Shown in pieces: positions 47,835 through 61,138 of a DNA stretch of 64,000 nt (within the stretch, counting starts at the first letter, position 1; each line of letters begins with the position of its first letter). Under the pieces are notes generated by a model. The model did no database searches. It was not told the DNA's origin and worked only from the letters and a program-made list of their open reading frames with translations. This stretch comes from Somniosus microcephalus (taxonomy: Eukaryota): positions 75,454,001 to 75,518,000 of the forward strand of contig CM126221.1 in the NCBI GenBank assembly GCA_052327205.1. The letters are read 5' to 3'. The translations under genes were made by a program, and so were the position numbers.

Positions 47835-48846
47835 AATCCAAAAGACGGCACCTCCGACAGTGCAGCACTCCCTCAGTACTGTCCCTCCGACAGTGCAGCA
47901 CTCCCTCAGTACTGTCCCTCCGACAGTGCGGCACTCCCTCAGTACTGCCCCTCCGACAGTGCGGCACTCCCTCAGTACTGTCCCTCCGACAGTGCGGCAC
48001 TCCCTCAGTACTGTCCCTCCGACAGTGCGGCACTCCCTCAGTACTGTCCCTCCGACAGTGCGGCACTCCCTCACTACTGTCCCTCCGACAGTGCGGCACT
48101 CCCTCACTACTGTCCCTCCGACAGTGCGGCACTCCCTCACTACTGTCCCTCCGACAGTGCGGCACTCCCTCAGTACTGTCCCTCCGACAGTGCGGCACTC
48201 CCTCAGTACTGTCCCTCCGACAGTGCGGCACTCCCTCACTACTGTCCCTCCGACAGTGCAGCACTCCCTCAGTTCTGCCCCTCCGACAGTGAAGCACTCC
48301 CTCAGTACTACCCCTCCAACAGTGCAGCGCTCCTTCAGTACTGCCCCTCCGACAGTGCGCCCTCCCTCAGTACTGCCCCTCCGACAGTGCGGTGCTCCCT
48401 CAGTACTGACCCTCCGACAGTTCAGCGCTCCCTCAACACTGCCCCTCCGACAGTGCAGCGTTCCCTCAGTACTGACCCTCCGACAGTGCAGCGCTCCCTC
48501 AGTACTGACCCTCCGACAGTGCAGCGCTCCCTCAGTACTGCCCCTCCGACAGTGCAGCGCTCCCTCAGTACTGACCCTCCGAAAGTGCAGCGCTCCCTCA
48601 GTACTGACCCTCCGACAGTGCAGCGCTCCGTCAACACTGCCCCTCCGACAGTGCAGCGCTCCCTCAGTACTGACCCTGCGACAGTGCAGCGCTCCGTCAA
48701 CACTGCCCCTCCGACAGTGCAGCGCTCCCTCAGTGCTGCACTGCAGTATCAGCCTGGATTATGTGCTCCAGTCCCTGGAGTGGGACTTTGAACCCGCAAC
48801 CTTCTGACTCCGAGGCGAGGGTGCTGCCCACTGAGCCACGGCTGAC
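47835..48846 (-). mobile_element. DeuSINE 5' part with internal 33-bp minisatellite (about 27 copies, 47851-48730)
   Basis: Unit ccctccgacagtgcggcactccctcagtactgt is a segment of the SINE; SINE head intact at 48735-48846. Confidence 0.92.
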
Positions 48847-49532
48847 TGTAATGTTATGCGATCACAGTGATGATCAATATCAGTACTGTAATTGATCACA
48901 ATCGCTGAGATACATTTTTGGTGTTGCATTTATGTTCTCCAGTTAAACATTTGGTCGTTATTATTTATTCGTTATTACTCCAGATTTAAAAAATGAATCC
49001 AGTGGCAATCATGAATTCCAAGACACGTTGGCCTAGAAATTCGGTTGTTTGCGCCAGTGGTTAGCGCCTAAAGAGACCGAGAATGGGGGCGTAACCTAAT
49101 GTTGGGGCGGGCGCAATGAAGATAGCGACAACTCCCATATTGACTATACATTTAACGCCTGCGCTAAGTGTTTGCACGCGCCCGCGAGCGCAAGCAGATC
49201 ATGACGTCATTTCAGTGTGCAACGTCTTTTAGGGGTGCCTGAGCGGATATTGGGTGGCGCCCGGAGCCTTTACGCCTAGCGCTATTAGTGACAGTTCGAA
49301 GGAGCGTTAGCAGGCCCTTCTCAGAGTCGGGGGGTGCTATTTAAAGGGGACAGCTCTAGTACAGAAGCTTCAGCCACTTGGCCTGTTCATTGCGATCATT
49401 GGTGGAGAGAGTTGGTGAGCTACTGTGGAGCAGAGTTTTTGGAATTTAGCATTAGAGTACTTGGGACCCTCAAACCTGTCCGGAGCAGTTGGAGCACTAG
49501 ACCTAACAGCCTTTTGACCAACTGGCATCGGA

Positions 49533-50103
49533 ATGGGAGATGCTTTGGAGGGCGACGGCCTCATGGCCGAACACTATGAAGGGGCAGAGAGACGGCGGGA
49601 GAGAGGGCCGGGATTGGCCAGAAGGAGGAGGGGCAATGGAGGTCGGCCAATCCGAGGGTATGCTGCGAGGGTCTGTAGGCAGCAGGTGTCATACCTTGAC
49701 ATGTCGGAGGAGCAGTGTGTGCGAAGGCTCCGATTCGGGATGGACGTTGTTACTGAGCTGTGCCACCTGCTTGCTGAGGATCTGCAGCCGCGTCTACGGT
49801 GCATGACCTCTCTGTCGGTGGCCGCTAAACTGACTGTTGGCCTCAATTTTTATGGCAACGGATCCTTTCAGTGAGCCATTGGGGACATCGCGAATATCTC
49901 TCAGGTTGCAGTCCACTGCTGCATCGGGCAAGTTACAGCTGCCCTTTATAGGCGAAGACGTCAATTCATCACCTTCCCTCTGACCCTGGAGAAGCAGGCG
50001 GAGGAGGAGGAGGAGGAGGAAGATGGAAGGGCCCCTGAAAGTGGAAGGGCCATCCGTCACAGGCTCACGAGGACTCGTATCGAGGCCCCTCTGGCGGAAT
50101 GAT
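49533..50103 (+). pseudogene. HARBI1-like transposase remnant, catalytic core deleted
   Basis: SYLDMSEEQCVRRLRF..LSVAAKLTVGLNFYGNGSFQ*AIGDIANISQ..FITFP joined directly to the acidic C-terminus (EEEEEEEDG); no IDGTH or GDSGY motifs. Confidence 0.85.
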
Positions 50104-50376
50104 GAGTGTCTTAACTGCTGCGCACTTTGGATGTTTGAAAGCCTCTGAAGGCCAGCATCACTGTAATTAGTCACGTACACCATAGCACATTTAAACTTTA
50201 TTGTCACACAAGTCTTTCATTACAGCAAAACAACGTCATGTCAACAGAAACCATAACTAACAAAATAACAGTTAACTCTTCGGCAAAGCCGCTAAACTAA
50301 ACAAACTATTTCCAACAATTCCAACAGGTGAGGGTCTCCTTGATTTTTGGCCAAAGAAACGTCTCAGCACCTCCCT

Positions 50377-52358
50377 CTACTGCTGGCCCCTTGATGGAGA
50401 ACGACTTCTCTTTCGCGCTCGGCCCCTTCCTTCCCTGCTGCTCCTACGTAATTGCACCCCAGTGGCGGGGTGAAGGCTGGAGGACGCCTGCTGACTGTCT
50501 GGAAGCGCAGAAGCCCCTGAGGGACGGCCTGGCCGACCTCTGGGCTTGGAGGGTGCGGACGCAGGATGCTTGATCTGAGCATAGCTGGAAGCAGTGTGCC
50601 CTGCAGGTGGTGGCAGCTGCACTGCAGACGTGCCAGCGCTGGCATGTGCAATGGTCACCTGCCGAGAGAGGACACCTGCACCATTGTCGGACGACACACT
50701 GGCTCTCTGAGGGGACCGGCTCAGCTCATCCGCCACAATCGCATGCTCCACTGATTCCTGGCCTTGTATGGGACTGGAAGGGCTCGGGGTGATCCTAGCT
50801 GATGCAGATAGGGTGGCTGCAGTGAGAGTTTGCGTTGCCTCAATCTGGGTGTGGACGAGGCCGGCAAGTGACTGCGTGGCAGCAGTGAGGACCTGTGAGC
50901 CAGGTGCCAGTGCTTCGGAGAAGCCCTGGACAGTTCTTTCCATTGCTTCAGACAAGGCCGGTGCTGACCGCTCCACTGCCTCAGACAAGCCCTGCACAGA
51001 CCTTTCCAGGGATTGTCCGAAGCCCTGAACAGTCCTTTCCATAGCGGCCCCGAAGCCCTGGACAGTCCTCTCCATTGTTGGCCCAAAGCCCTCGACAGAC
51101 CTCTCCATTGTTGCCCCGAAGCCCTGGAGAGTCCTGTCCATTGTTGCCCCGAAGCCCTGGAGAGTCCTCTCCATTGTTGCCCCGAAGTCCAACACACTCT
51201 TTGCCAGTGTATCTATTGACTGAGGAATCCTCCCCACTGCAACCATCAGCTCAGTGTGCCTGAGCCGGGCCTGGGTGCTCATTTCAGCCAGGCGACGCAC
51301 CTCCTCTGCACTCTGTGCAGCAGTCATCACTACCTGCCTTGCCCTCCGGGGAGACGGTGGCCGAACTTGCCTACCCCCCTTGCGTTGCTGCATGCCGCTT
51401 GGTCCGGCAACTGCCTGATCCTCAGAGCCGCCCCCCCCCTCCCCTCCAGGGAACTACTATCCCCAGTCTGTAGATGTGTATGCTCCCCTGAGATTGGAAC
51501 GGATGGTCCGGCTTCCTCCTGATCCTCGCCTCCGGAGGCACTGGCACTGGCAGCTTCAGGGCGTGGAGCCCCAGTTGGTGATGTATCATCTGAAAGCAGG
51601 GAGGTGGAAGAGTGGCTTTAGCAAAAGGACAGGTTGCGGAAAGGCATGGCAGATTGCGGCACACTGAGGAAGCATGCTGGCGGGGGGACCAAGTGGAAGG
51701 AGACAGCTGCAAAAGGTGAGAGCCTTATCCTCGCTGTCGAGAATGAGGTCGGCAGCTACAGTGGTAACAGGACCAGACAGACTTCCTCCAAGAATCTGGT
51801 GCACTCTCTCCTCGAGATCCGTGAGAGTGACCACTTGTGGAGGTCCGCCACCGGTTCAACGCTGCTCCTTTCGCATCGTCGCCAGCTTAGACTGCAGGGG
51901 AAAGAAGGGGAAGTTCTGTAACATGATGCCTTGAGAGATCATCTCATGCCCCCCATGGTGCAAGAGCCCTTACATGTGGCCTTGAGTGAAATGTCCATGT
52001 GTGTTCCCAGAAAGGGCCATGGGTGCTTGCTGACAGATGGCCATTGGGGCATCATGGCAACAGGGTCCTCGAAGTTAGGTGCAGATGGAGGGAATCAGAA
52101 GTTTGCATAACCAACACTCACCCTAACGACCCGAGTGAGGTCGTTGAATTTCTTCCTGCACTGAACAGGGGTCCTGGTCGCCATGCTGTTGGAGTTGACC
52201 CTCTGAGAAACCTCCCTCCAAGATCGCCATTAAGCCTTTTGATTCGGCCTCTTGCCATTGTCAGGATACAGAACATCTTGACGGCGCTCAACTGCAGACA
52301 CCAACTGGTCCAGAGCCTCAGTGCTGAAGCGCTCTGCTCTCTGTCTCACCTTCTCCAT
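50377..52358 (-). pseudogene. Myb/SANT-like (NAIF1/MSANTD-type) Harbinger accessory gene, spliced, disrupted
   Basis: Exon 1 (about 52122-52358) FSxEALDQLVSAVE..RTPVQCRKKFNDL, donor gtgagt; exon 2 from 51891 KEQR*TGGGPP..LTDLEERV; last part has 11-aa repeats GFGATMERTLQ. Confidence 0.75.
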
Positions 52359-53244
52359 TCTCACCAAGTTTCTTGCGCCAGAGAAGGGCGAGCGCCGATT
52401 CTGAGGCCTACAGGGCGTTGAGTGTAGCAGCTCAGGCTGACTGACCCACCCCTTTAAGAACCGGCCAGCGCCTGGAAGTCTCGTGGTTTCCGATAATTGA
52501 GATCACCTGTGCTGCGCCCGTCCGCGCCGATATTGGGTAGCGCCTGAACTTTTGCGCCTTAGGAGCCCCGTGCAATGTCTGAGTTCGCGCCTCAATCCCC
52601 TTTGGGGGCGATGCAACCCAATATCTCGCCAGGCAGCGATAAGTTTCGTCTGGCTATAAACTTTGCGCAGCGCCAGTTCTAACGCCTCAAGCGGGGCTAT
52701 ACCCAATTTCTAGGCTATTGTGCCTTCATGCTCAATGAATGTGCTTTCCATTCTATGAATATACAAAAAAATTACCATGACATGGCTTACAGGGAAAAAA
52801 GGAAATACATTGTGTATCTAAGCAAATATTGTGCCCCTCACCTATCACATTTGGATAAATCTGTATCATTTAAAGTCTTGAGCCACACGTGCAAAGTTTC
52901 CATCTTACCATTATCTGATTAAGTCAAATAAGCATTAAAGTTAACTACTGATTTGCTCAAAGGTAGAAAGGTAAGAAAGCTGCCAATAATAAACCAATGG
53001 GCAGGTTAGGAAAAACTCCAGATTATGTTTACGGCATTGGTCCAATGCAGTTTCTGAGGTGCTGCTGCACCTTAAACGTGACGGTGATTCACGCATCGCT
53101 GCAGTATAGCAATTGTACTGAAGCTATTGTACTGAGGCAAACATCTGACTGATACCAAACATACAGGGCCTCGTGGTCCCCTTTTTTTTTTTGAACAGGG
53201 GTCACATTTGCTAGCCTCCGGTCCTCTGAGCACAATTTTTCTCA

Positions 53245-54480
53245 TGCATAGGAACAGGAGGAGGCCATTCAGCCCCTTGGGTCTGTTCCGCCATTCAATG
53301 AGATCATGGCTCATCTGTACCATTTACCACTGACACCCTTACCTAACAAAAATCTATCAGTCTTGAAAATTTCAACTGACCACGTCTTTTGGGGAAAGCG
53401 AGTTCCCGATTTCCACCACCCTTTGTGTGAAAAAAGTGCTTCCTGATTTCACTCCTGAATGCTCTAGCTCTAATTTTAAGATTATCCCCCCCTTGTTTTG
53501 GATTCCCCCACCAAAGGAAATAGCTTCTCTGTATCTACCTTATCAAATCCCTTATAATCATGTTAAATACTTCGATTAGATCACCCCCCCGACCTTCTAA
53601 ACTCAAGGGATTACACCTCAAGTTTTTGCAGCCTGGTCTAATAATTTATCCCCTTGAACCCCGGTATCATTCTGGTGAATCTGCGCTGCACCCCCTCCGA
53701 GGCCAGTATATCCTTCCTGAGGGGCGGGGCCCAGGACTGAACCCAGTCACTCCAGATGGGGTCTGACCAAGGCTTTGTACAACTGAAGCATGAATTCCTC
53801 ACTTTTGAATTCCAGTCCCCTTGAGGTAAAAGCCAACATTCCCATTAGTCTTTCTGATTACTTTTTGTACCTGTGCAGTAACTTTTAATGACTTGTGTAC
53901 CTGGACACCTCAATCCCTTTGCTCCTCCACAGCTCCTCGTCCATCACCAATAAAACAATATTCCAATTTCTCTTTCTCAGATCCCAAATCTCACACCTCC
54001 CCACACTGAACTCCATCTGCCATAGTTTGGTCCTCTCACTGGGTCTGTCTACGGCCCTTTGTAACTTCCTGCTCCCATCCACAACTTACTGTGCCTCCCA
54101 ACAGTGCCATCTGCAAACTTGGATATACAACTCTCTATTCATTCATCCACGTCATTGATATAGGTGGTAAATAGCCGAGGCCCCAGTACAGATCCCTGGG
54201 GAACACCACTTGTCACATCCTGCAAATCAGAGAACAAACCCTTTATCCCGACTCTGTCTCCTACTTCCCACCCAATTACTGACCCATGTCACAAGGTTAT
54301 CTGCCATTCTGTGCGCTTTTATTTTTCCACAATCTCTTGTGCGGACCTTATCAAAATGCCTTCTGGAAGTCCATATAGACAACATCCATCGACACTCCAC
54401 TATCCACATTGGTGACCTCCTCAAAAAAAAAAAAGTCAACTAGATTCATCAGACCCTTCACAAATCCATGACGACTCTCT
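53245..54480 (-). mobile_element. Old CR1 LINE RT fragment
   Basis: Degenerate GVPQGSVLGP, FDKV and CR1 3' UTR. Confidence 0.8.
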
Positions 54481-54994
54481 CACATCAGCTCTCAATTATT
54501 TCCACTTGAGTATCGTTTTCCTCAACTTTTCTATTTTTATACTGAACCTAATTGTGGCCACAATTTCTCCAATGTTCCCCTACTTTTAGGTCACCTATTT
54601 GCTCCATCTCATTAATCAAAACCAGTTTAAGAGTTTCCAGCATCCGCAGTATTTTGCGATTGTATTACTGTTTAATTCACTGCCACCTCTCTTCCAGGAA
54701 TGCCCACCTTGAAGAAGTTCTGCTCTTCTCTCCGACGGGATTTCCGTTTGTCTCCTTTACCTGGTTCATCTTCATTGCTTTCTGTTTCTCTCCTGCTTTC
54801 CATCCTATCACAGACCTTCCCTTTTGTTCTGTTCCTCCCCTCCCCTCCCCCCTTTCCTGAACATCGGTTATATCTCTTAACTTTTTCCAGTTCTGACGAA
54901 AGGTCATCGACCTGAAATGTTAACTCAGTTTCTCTCAGATGTTGCACGGCCTGCTGCGGGTTTCCAGCATTTTCTGTTTTTATTCCAGATTAAG

Positions 54995-55433
54995 AATTTA
55001 TATAGTGCCCTTCACGACCACCAGACATCTCAAAGCGCTTTACAGCCAATGAAGTACTTTTTTTGAAGTGTGGTCACTGTTGTAATGTAGGAAACACGGC
55101 AGCCAATTTGCGCACAGCAAGCTCCCACAAACAGCAATGTGATAATGAGCAGATCATCTGTTTTAGTGATGTTGATTGAGGGATAAATATTGGCCCCAGG
55201 ACACCGGAGAGAACTCCCCTGCTCTTCAAAATAGTGCTGTGGGATCTTTTACGTTCACCTGAGAGAGCAGACGGGACCTCGGTTTAACGTCTCACCTCTG
55301 ACCATGCAGCATTCCCTCAGCACTGCACTGGAGTGTCAGCCTAGACTTTTGTGCTCAAGTCCCTGGAGTGGGACTTGAAACCACAACCTTCTGACTCAGA
55401 GGCGAGGGTGCTGCCCACTGAGCCACGGCTGAC
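54995..55433 (-). mobile_element. DeuSINE (SacSINE1-like)
   Basis: Matches other copies. Confidence 0.85.
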
Positions 55434-56149
55434 CCTGTGGTTGAGAACGGAGTGCTGTCTTCTTTGTTGGAGAAGCATTATTTGACTGAGAAAACAACCC
55501 TGTAACACAAGAGCCTACATATTTCATGCAAAATATTTTCCTTATTCCAGCGTACCTTTAGATTATTAAAATCTCCTCGTTATAACTGTTGTGAACACAT
55601 GCCTGCCTTTCTAATTTGTCTGCAAATTATATCTTTTCACTGTTCAGCAATCTCTAACATAGGATATACGGCCCAGAAACAGGCCACACAAATACAATAG
55701 CAAAACGCTGGAAAAACTCAGCAGGCCAGGCAACATCCGTGGAGAGAAAATAGAGTCAACGTTTCGGGTCTGGGACATCTGATGAAGGATCCCAGCTGAA
55801 AAGTTAACTCTGTTTCTGTCACTCCACAGAAACAGGTCACTTGGCCCAATCAGTCTATGCTGGCATTTACATAGAAGATAGGAGCAGGAGTAGGCCATTC
55901 GGCCCCTCGAGCCCGCTCCGCCATTCAATGAGATCATGGCTGATCATCCAAATTCAGTACCCTGTCCCTGCCTTCTCCCCATATCCCTTGATCCCTTTAA
56001 CCTTAAGAAATATATCCAACTCCTTCTTGAGTATAAATAGAAACAGAAGATAGGAGAAACATAGAAAATAGTTTATGCTCCGCTTGAGCCTCCTCCCGTT
56101 CCTCATTTAACTCTATGTAAAGTTAGTTTTTTTTTTGTTTTCTCCTAAG

Positions 56150-56335
56150 AAATGGACAACAGAAATAAAGAAACTGCAGGATACAATCGACAGCTTAGTT
56201 AAGGAGGAGCATCGTTTGCAGGGAGAGCTTCGGCAACACCAACAATCAATCCTGGAATTGCAACACATGCAGCAAGAACTACAGACCATGAATTCAGACA
56301 AGGGCGCCATGTCGAATCTCTGCTGCGTAATCTAA
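56150..56335 (+). CDS. SLFNL1: Schlafen-like 1, last coding exon (coiled coil and CaaX-like end CCVI)
   Basis: Acceptor ttttctcctaag|AAA TGG, phase 0 continuing EWCRQ|KW; AATAAA at 56454-56459; recalled human SLFNL1 ends in CCVL. Confidence 0.85.
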   Translation, partial: KWTTEIKKLQDTIDSLVKEEHRLQGELRQHQQSILELQHMQQELQTMNSDKGAMSNLCCVI

Positions 56336-56809
56336 CACCGAGGGACAGCAGGCCAAGCCCAGAGGAGGGCAGCTGCCAGCTCCCAATTGAAAATCTTACC
56401 TCGAGTCACCAGGGGACATGATCACAAAGCAAGCAGCTCGGGAAAGACGGTTTAATAAAAAAAACTCTGCCGCAGAACTGAAATTCTCAACCAGCCTCAA
56501 AGGATTAATGTGGTGCTCCAGATTTTAGTACTTGTATTCAACTTTTGTCATTATTGAGGATAGGGATCGTGAGTCCAAATGGGCTGTGATTGGGACTTTA
56601 TTAACTTCCTGCTCCCCACTTTTAATGCACCCTACACCCGTACCTGGTACAAAGTGGTTCATTTAGTTGCACCTCAATTTAATTATTGCCCAGAACGCCA
56701 GCAGTAGAAGCGAATGCTGCAGCATGTTAGAGGACACATGACATTCTGGGTAAGTCGAGGTGTATTCTGCAGCAGGCCAGCTCAATTGAGCTCTTTAGCA
56801 ATGGAACCA

Positions 56810-57620
56810 AACAAAAACAACACCTTGCATTTATACGGCGCCTTTAACGTAGTAAAACGTCCCAAGGCGCTTCGCAGGAATGTTAACAAATGAAATTTGA
56901 CACCGAGCCACATACAGATATTAGGACAGGCCAAAAGCTTGGCCAAAAAGGTAGGTTTTAAGGAGTGACTTAAAGGAGGTGGGGAGGGAATTCCAGAGCG
57001 TAGGGCCTCGACAGCTGAAGGCACGGCCGGCAATGGTGGATTAAAATTGGGAACGCGCAAGAGGCCAGAATTGGAGGAGCGCAGAGATCTCGGAGGGTTG
57101 TTGGGCTGGAGAAGGTTAGAGAGGGAGGGCATGGAAGTACTTGAACACAAGGATGAGAATCAAGGCGTTGCCAATGTAGGTCAGCGAGCACAGGGATGAT
57201 GGGTGACCTGGACTTGGTGCGAGTTAGGACACGGGCTGCAGAGGTTTGGATGACCTCAAGTTTACAGAAGGTGGAAAGCAGGCGGCCAGCCAGGAGAATG
57301 TTGGAATAGTCAACCAGGCCACGTCAGGAGAAATTAGGGCAGGTGACCAAAAGCTTGGTCAAAGAGGTAGGTTTTAAGGAGCGTCTTAAAAGGAGAGGGG
57401 TAGAGAGGCAGAGCGGTTTAGGGAGGGAATTCCAGAGCTTAGGGCCTAGGCAGCTGAACGCACGGCCACCAATGGTGGAGCGATTAAAATTGGGGGATGC
57501 TCAAGAAGCTAGAATTGGAGGAGCGCTGAGATCTTGGAGGGTTGTGGGGCTGGAGGAGAATACGGAGATAGGGAGGGGCGAGGCCGTGGAGGGATTTGAA
57601 AACAAGGATGAGAACCTTTG
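56810..57620 (-). mobile_element. Two tandem L2 LINE 3' fragments
   Basis: Similar to 140-560 and 18655-19200. Confidence 0.8.
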
Positions 57621-58079
57621 ATGAGAAGGCAGAGAACGTTCCCATTGCTCGCCAAGCCCTTTTTGTTCAACAGGTGTCCCTGACGCTCCTCCTAAAATGG
57701 TAGTTATGTGATTGTAAAGTAGGGAAGTCACATTAGCACATTGTTTGCCAGTGCCATTTGAGACACGTCAGAAATGAATGTGCAACAGCACAAAATCCAG
57801 CCTGGGCAGTTTGCAGCTTCTGGACCTTCTTTGGCAAATAAGAACTGATTTGCATCAGAAATCGAGGACACGACGATACGTACGATTATTATACAAGTCA
57901 GCTCGACTGATTGTTCATGCAATAAAATATTGTATTCCAAGCAGGATTCTTTTTATAACTCAAGTTGTGTGTCTGTATGGTCATATGCAAATGGTTTTAG
58001 AGTCTTTATAACTTGTAAAACTTTTTAGCAGCCCCCTTTATGTATCCGATTGAAGTCGAAGCCCTCCATACCTAATCGC

Positions 58080-58870
58080 CTGAGAAAAACTGGATCGGCT
58101 GGGGTTGTTTTCTTTGGAAGAGGAGGCTGAGGGAAGACCTAATGAGGTGTATATTATGAGGGGCCTAGATAGAGTGAAGAGGAAGGGCCTATTTCCCTTA
58201 GCAGAGAGGTCAATAACCAGGGGGCAGAGATTTAAAGTAATTGATAGTAGGATTAGAGGGGAGTTGAGGAGAACTTGTTTCACCCAGAAGGTGGTGGGGG
58301 TCTGGAACTCACTGCCTGAAAGGGTGGTCGAGGCAGAAACCCTCATCACATTTAAAAAGTACTTGGGTATGCACTTGAAGTGCCGTAACCTACAGGGCTA
58401 CGGACCAAGAGCTGGAAAGTGGGATTAGGCTGGATCACTCTTTTTCAACTGGCACAGACCCGACGGGCCGAATGGCCTCCTCTGCTGTAGATTTCTATGA
58501 TCAGTTGTTCAAGATATAGATAGAAAAAGGCACGGACCAGATTAGCACCTAAACATCGTAAGTGTACTCGATTGGAATCTAGAACTAGGGGGCATAGTTT
58601 CAAAATAAGGGGTCGCCCATTTAAGACAGAGATGCAGAGGAATTTCCTCTGGGGGTCGTGAATCATTGGAATTCTCTACCCGAGAGAGCTGCGGAGGCTG
58701 AATCAGTGAATATATTCAAGGCTGAGACAGGCAGATATTTGAGCTACAGGGGAGTCAAGGGTTATGGGGAGCGGGCGGGAAAGTGGAGTTGAGACCAAGA
58801 TCAGATCAGCCATGATCTTATTGAATGGCGGAGCAGGCTCGAGGGGCCGAATCCTGCTCCTATTTCTTAC
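58080..58870 (+). mobile_element. Two CR1 3' fragments
   Basis: ORF 58105-58428 and second tail 58575-58870. Confidence 0.82.
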
Positions 58871-59120
58871 GAGACCAGAGACTACTTCTGAGCAACATCA
58901 TGGGCCATCAGAGTTTAAATATAGAAACCATGACTGAACGTGACCTAGACACTGAACCCACGTACCCATTCAGAAACACCCATGGCCAGTAAAAGAAAGT
59001 GTTCTTAAATGAAAATGGGCAACAGTTGCACAAAATGGGCTTTCCCAGTCTGCAGAGTAACCGACTGAAGAGTCATGAACCCAGTTTGCAAACACAGCTC
59101 ATATAGGAATATTTGACAAT

Positions 59121-61138
59121 TTTATTTTAAAAAGTGGCTCCTTAAAACTAAAAGGCATAATTCACACATCTGGAAGCGGTACAGTATTTCCATTCATCTT
59201 TATTTCAAAACTATATCAAGAGTTTGTTTCCATGATAAAATATAAAAAGCAGGCACAGTTTAATTTCAAGTTGGGTGCTGCCATGGGGGACACCATCAAT
59301 ACCTGCCGACTTTCCCCAACACTCGCCCTGTGGCTTCTCTCACGGTTAAAATCAAATTGCAATAAAATAAGGCGAGGGGCAAGCCCAGTGATGCATGATC
59401 TTGTTATATGGGAATAATTTGTTGATAAGATTCAGAATCTTTGCTTTTTAATACAGCGAGGCAAAATGGCAAGTGTGAGAAGAGTGCTGCGGAAAAGGGG
59501 GGGGGGGGGGGGTAGCCATGGACTGGATACATTTTTACTCTGCCATAGCAGTTTGCCAGTTCGAAGCTTCGAAGTGTTGCATACACGAATAAACAAAGCT
59601 CGTTAAAAGTTTGGCTTCCCGTAATCTATATCCTTAAGTTTGTAGTATCATCACGGAGCCAAATGGACTTCTCGTGGTTAGCGATTCCACTCTCATGACC
59701 AAACCAGGCATTTAGTCACCATCTTAACTCCAGCCTCAATATAAAGTTACTCGTCAGTTTAAGTTGGGGGGGGGACAAAAAAAAGGCATAAAATGTGTCT
59801 AATGCTAGACTTATTGAAAGCCAGTGGGAGTGTGGAAGGGAGGGGCGCCTCGAAGGTTCTCACTCCAACTACAAAGAGCATTTGATCGCGTTTTCACCAC
59901 GAGCTGGCCTTAAATGGGAGTTTTGTACACCATTCTGTTCCTATCCATTTCCAGGCTCGAATCCAAAGAGAAGAGCAGCGGAGAGTAGGTGAGGCAACAG
60001 GGTCGATCCGCCACTCCCAGGCAGGATCGCGGCTTTAGCGAGTGGCTAGCCGGCCTGGGAGAGGAGCCTCGGCCGATTTTTTTTTTCTTTTAAACGGCCA
60101 GCCCTCGTTTTTGCACGCCGCTTGCCGAAGAGATGTGAAAAAATGTCTGGGAGCAGTCGGACGGGATTCCGACCACCTTTTTGGGGATCAGGGAACGTTT
60201 GAGACCACCTTTTGTAATACTGGTTTTGCTCGGAGCATTCTCAGATTTAGTCACTTGAAGAAGGCCGAGGTCCTGAGTAATTGTGCTTTAAAAAAAAAAG
60301 TTCCATATCTGCTCTGAGCGATAAAATCAGCTGTAGCTCACTTGATTGGAATGAATGGAAACATGAAACAGACTGCACCACAACCCCAATTACAGCCTGG
60401 TTTTATTTTTGTATGGCAGTACTTGGATTGTATTTTCTGAACAAAAATCAAGTGTTTTTCACCCTTGTGTAAAAATAAAAATGTTAAATCTTTCATCAAC
60501 GTAAAACAAACTGTCCCAGTTTCATCCCGAGTGAGACAGAATGATGCAATCGTTCTGACCCTACAGAGACACCTGCAACATATTGAGGTATAAAGAAAAT
60601 ACGTCAGGAGGACCTTAAACTAATCACACACAAGTCTAAATAAAAATAAAAGTAGTACATTGTGTAGGTCACGTTTTGCAGAGGTAGTGTCGGGAAGAAA
60701 AAAATACCATCATTTAAAATGGAGTTTGGGAGATTGAAACTTTTCGAAACGAACAACTGGCGTAACGTAGCGATGTCCCAAATGAATGCCACATGATCAG
60801 CTTCCTAATTCCAATACAATGTCTCACTTTGATTTTATGTGGCTGTAGAAAAAATACAAGATTCAAAACTTAACTCTAAATCTACGCGGGCGGTCCAGAG
60901 ATACGAACAAAGCGCAATTCCTTTTATAAAACAATTGGATAGAATTTTCGCTGATTAACATCACACCGCAAACAGCAACACTAAATTAAACAAACAAAAA
61001 ATGATGGCTTTCTCGACAGCGTGATGAGTGGACAAGACCAACAGACCGGAGAATCGGCACGGATATGTAATACTGTAAAATTAAACAGATGTTGCAGCTC
61101 AGACGCCAACTGTTCAGATCTGTCGAATTAACCGGCAC
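59121..61138 (-). other. CTPS1: Candidate non-coding last exon (3' UTR) of CTPS1
   Basis: Minus-strand acceptor ctctctctttccatccag|GTG at 61139/61138; TE-poor AU-rich tract; AATAAA candidates at 59121-59126, 59199-59204 and about 60402. Confidence 0.5.

Larger units (their letters stand above)
49030..52716. mobile_element. Decayed PIF/Harbinger DNA transposon with convergent nuclease and Myb/SANT-like genes
   Basis: TIRs ggcctagaaattcggt / acccaatttctaggct; HARBI1-like gene on +, Myb/SANT-like gene on -. Confidence 0.85.

Noticed and set aside
47688-48807. Long repetitive ORFs, or a CRISPR-like array
   Set aside because: Head-to-tail 33-bp SINE-derived units with no spacers; eukaryotic context.
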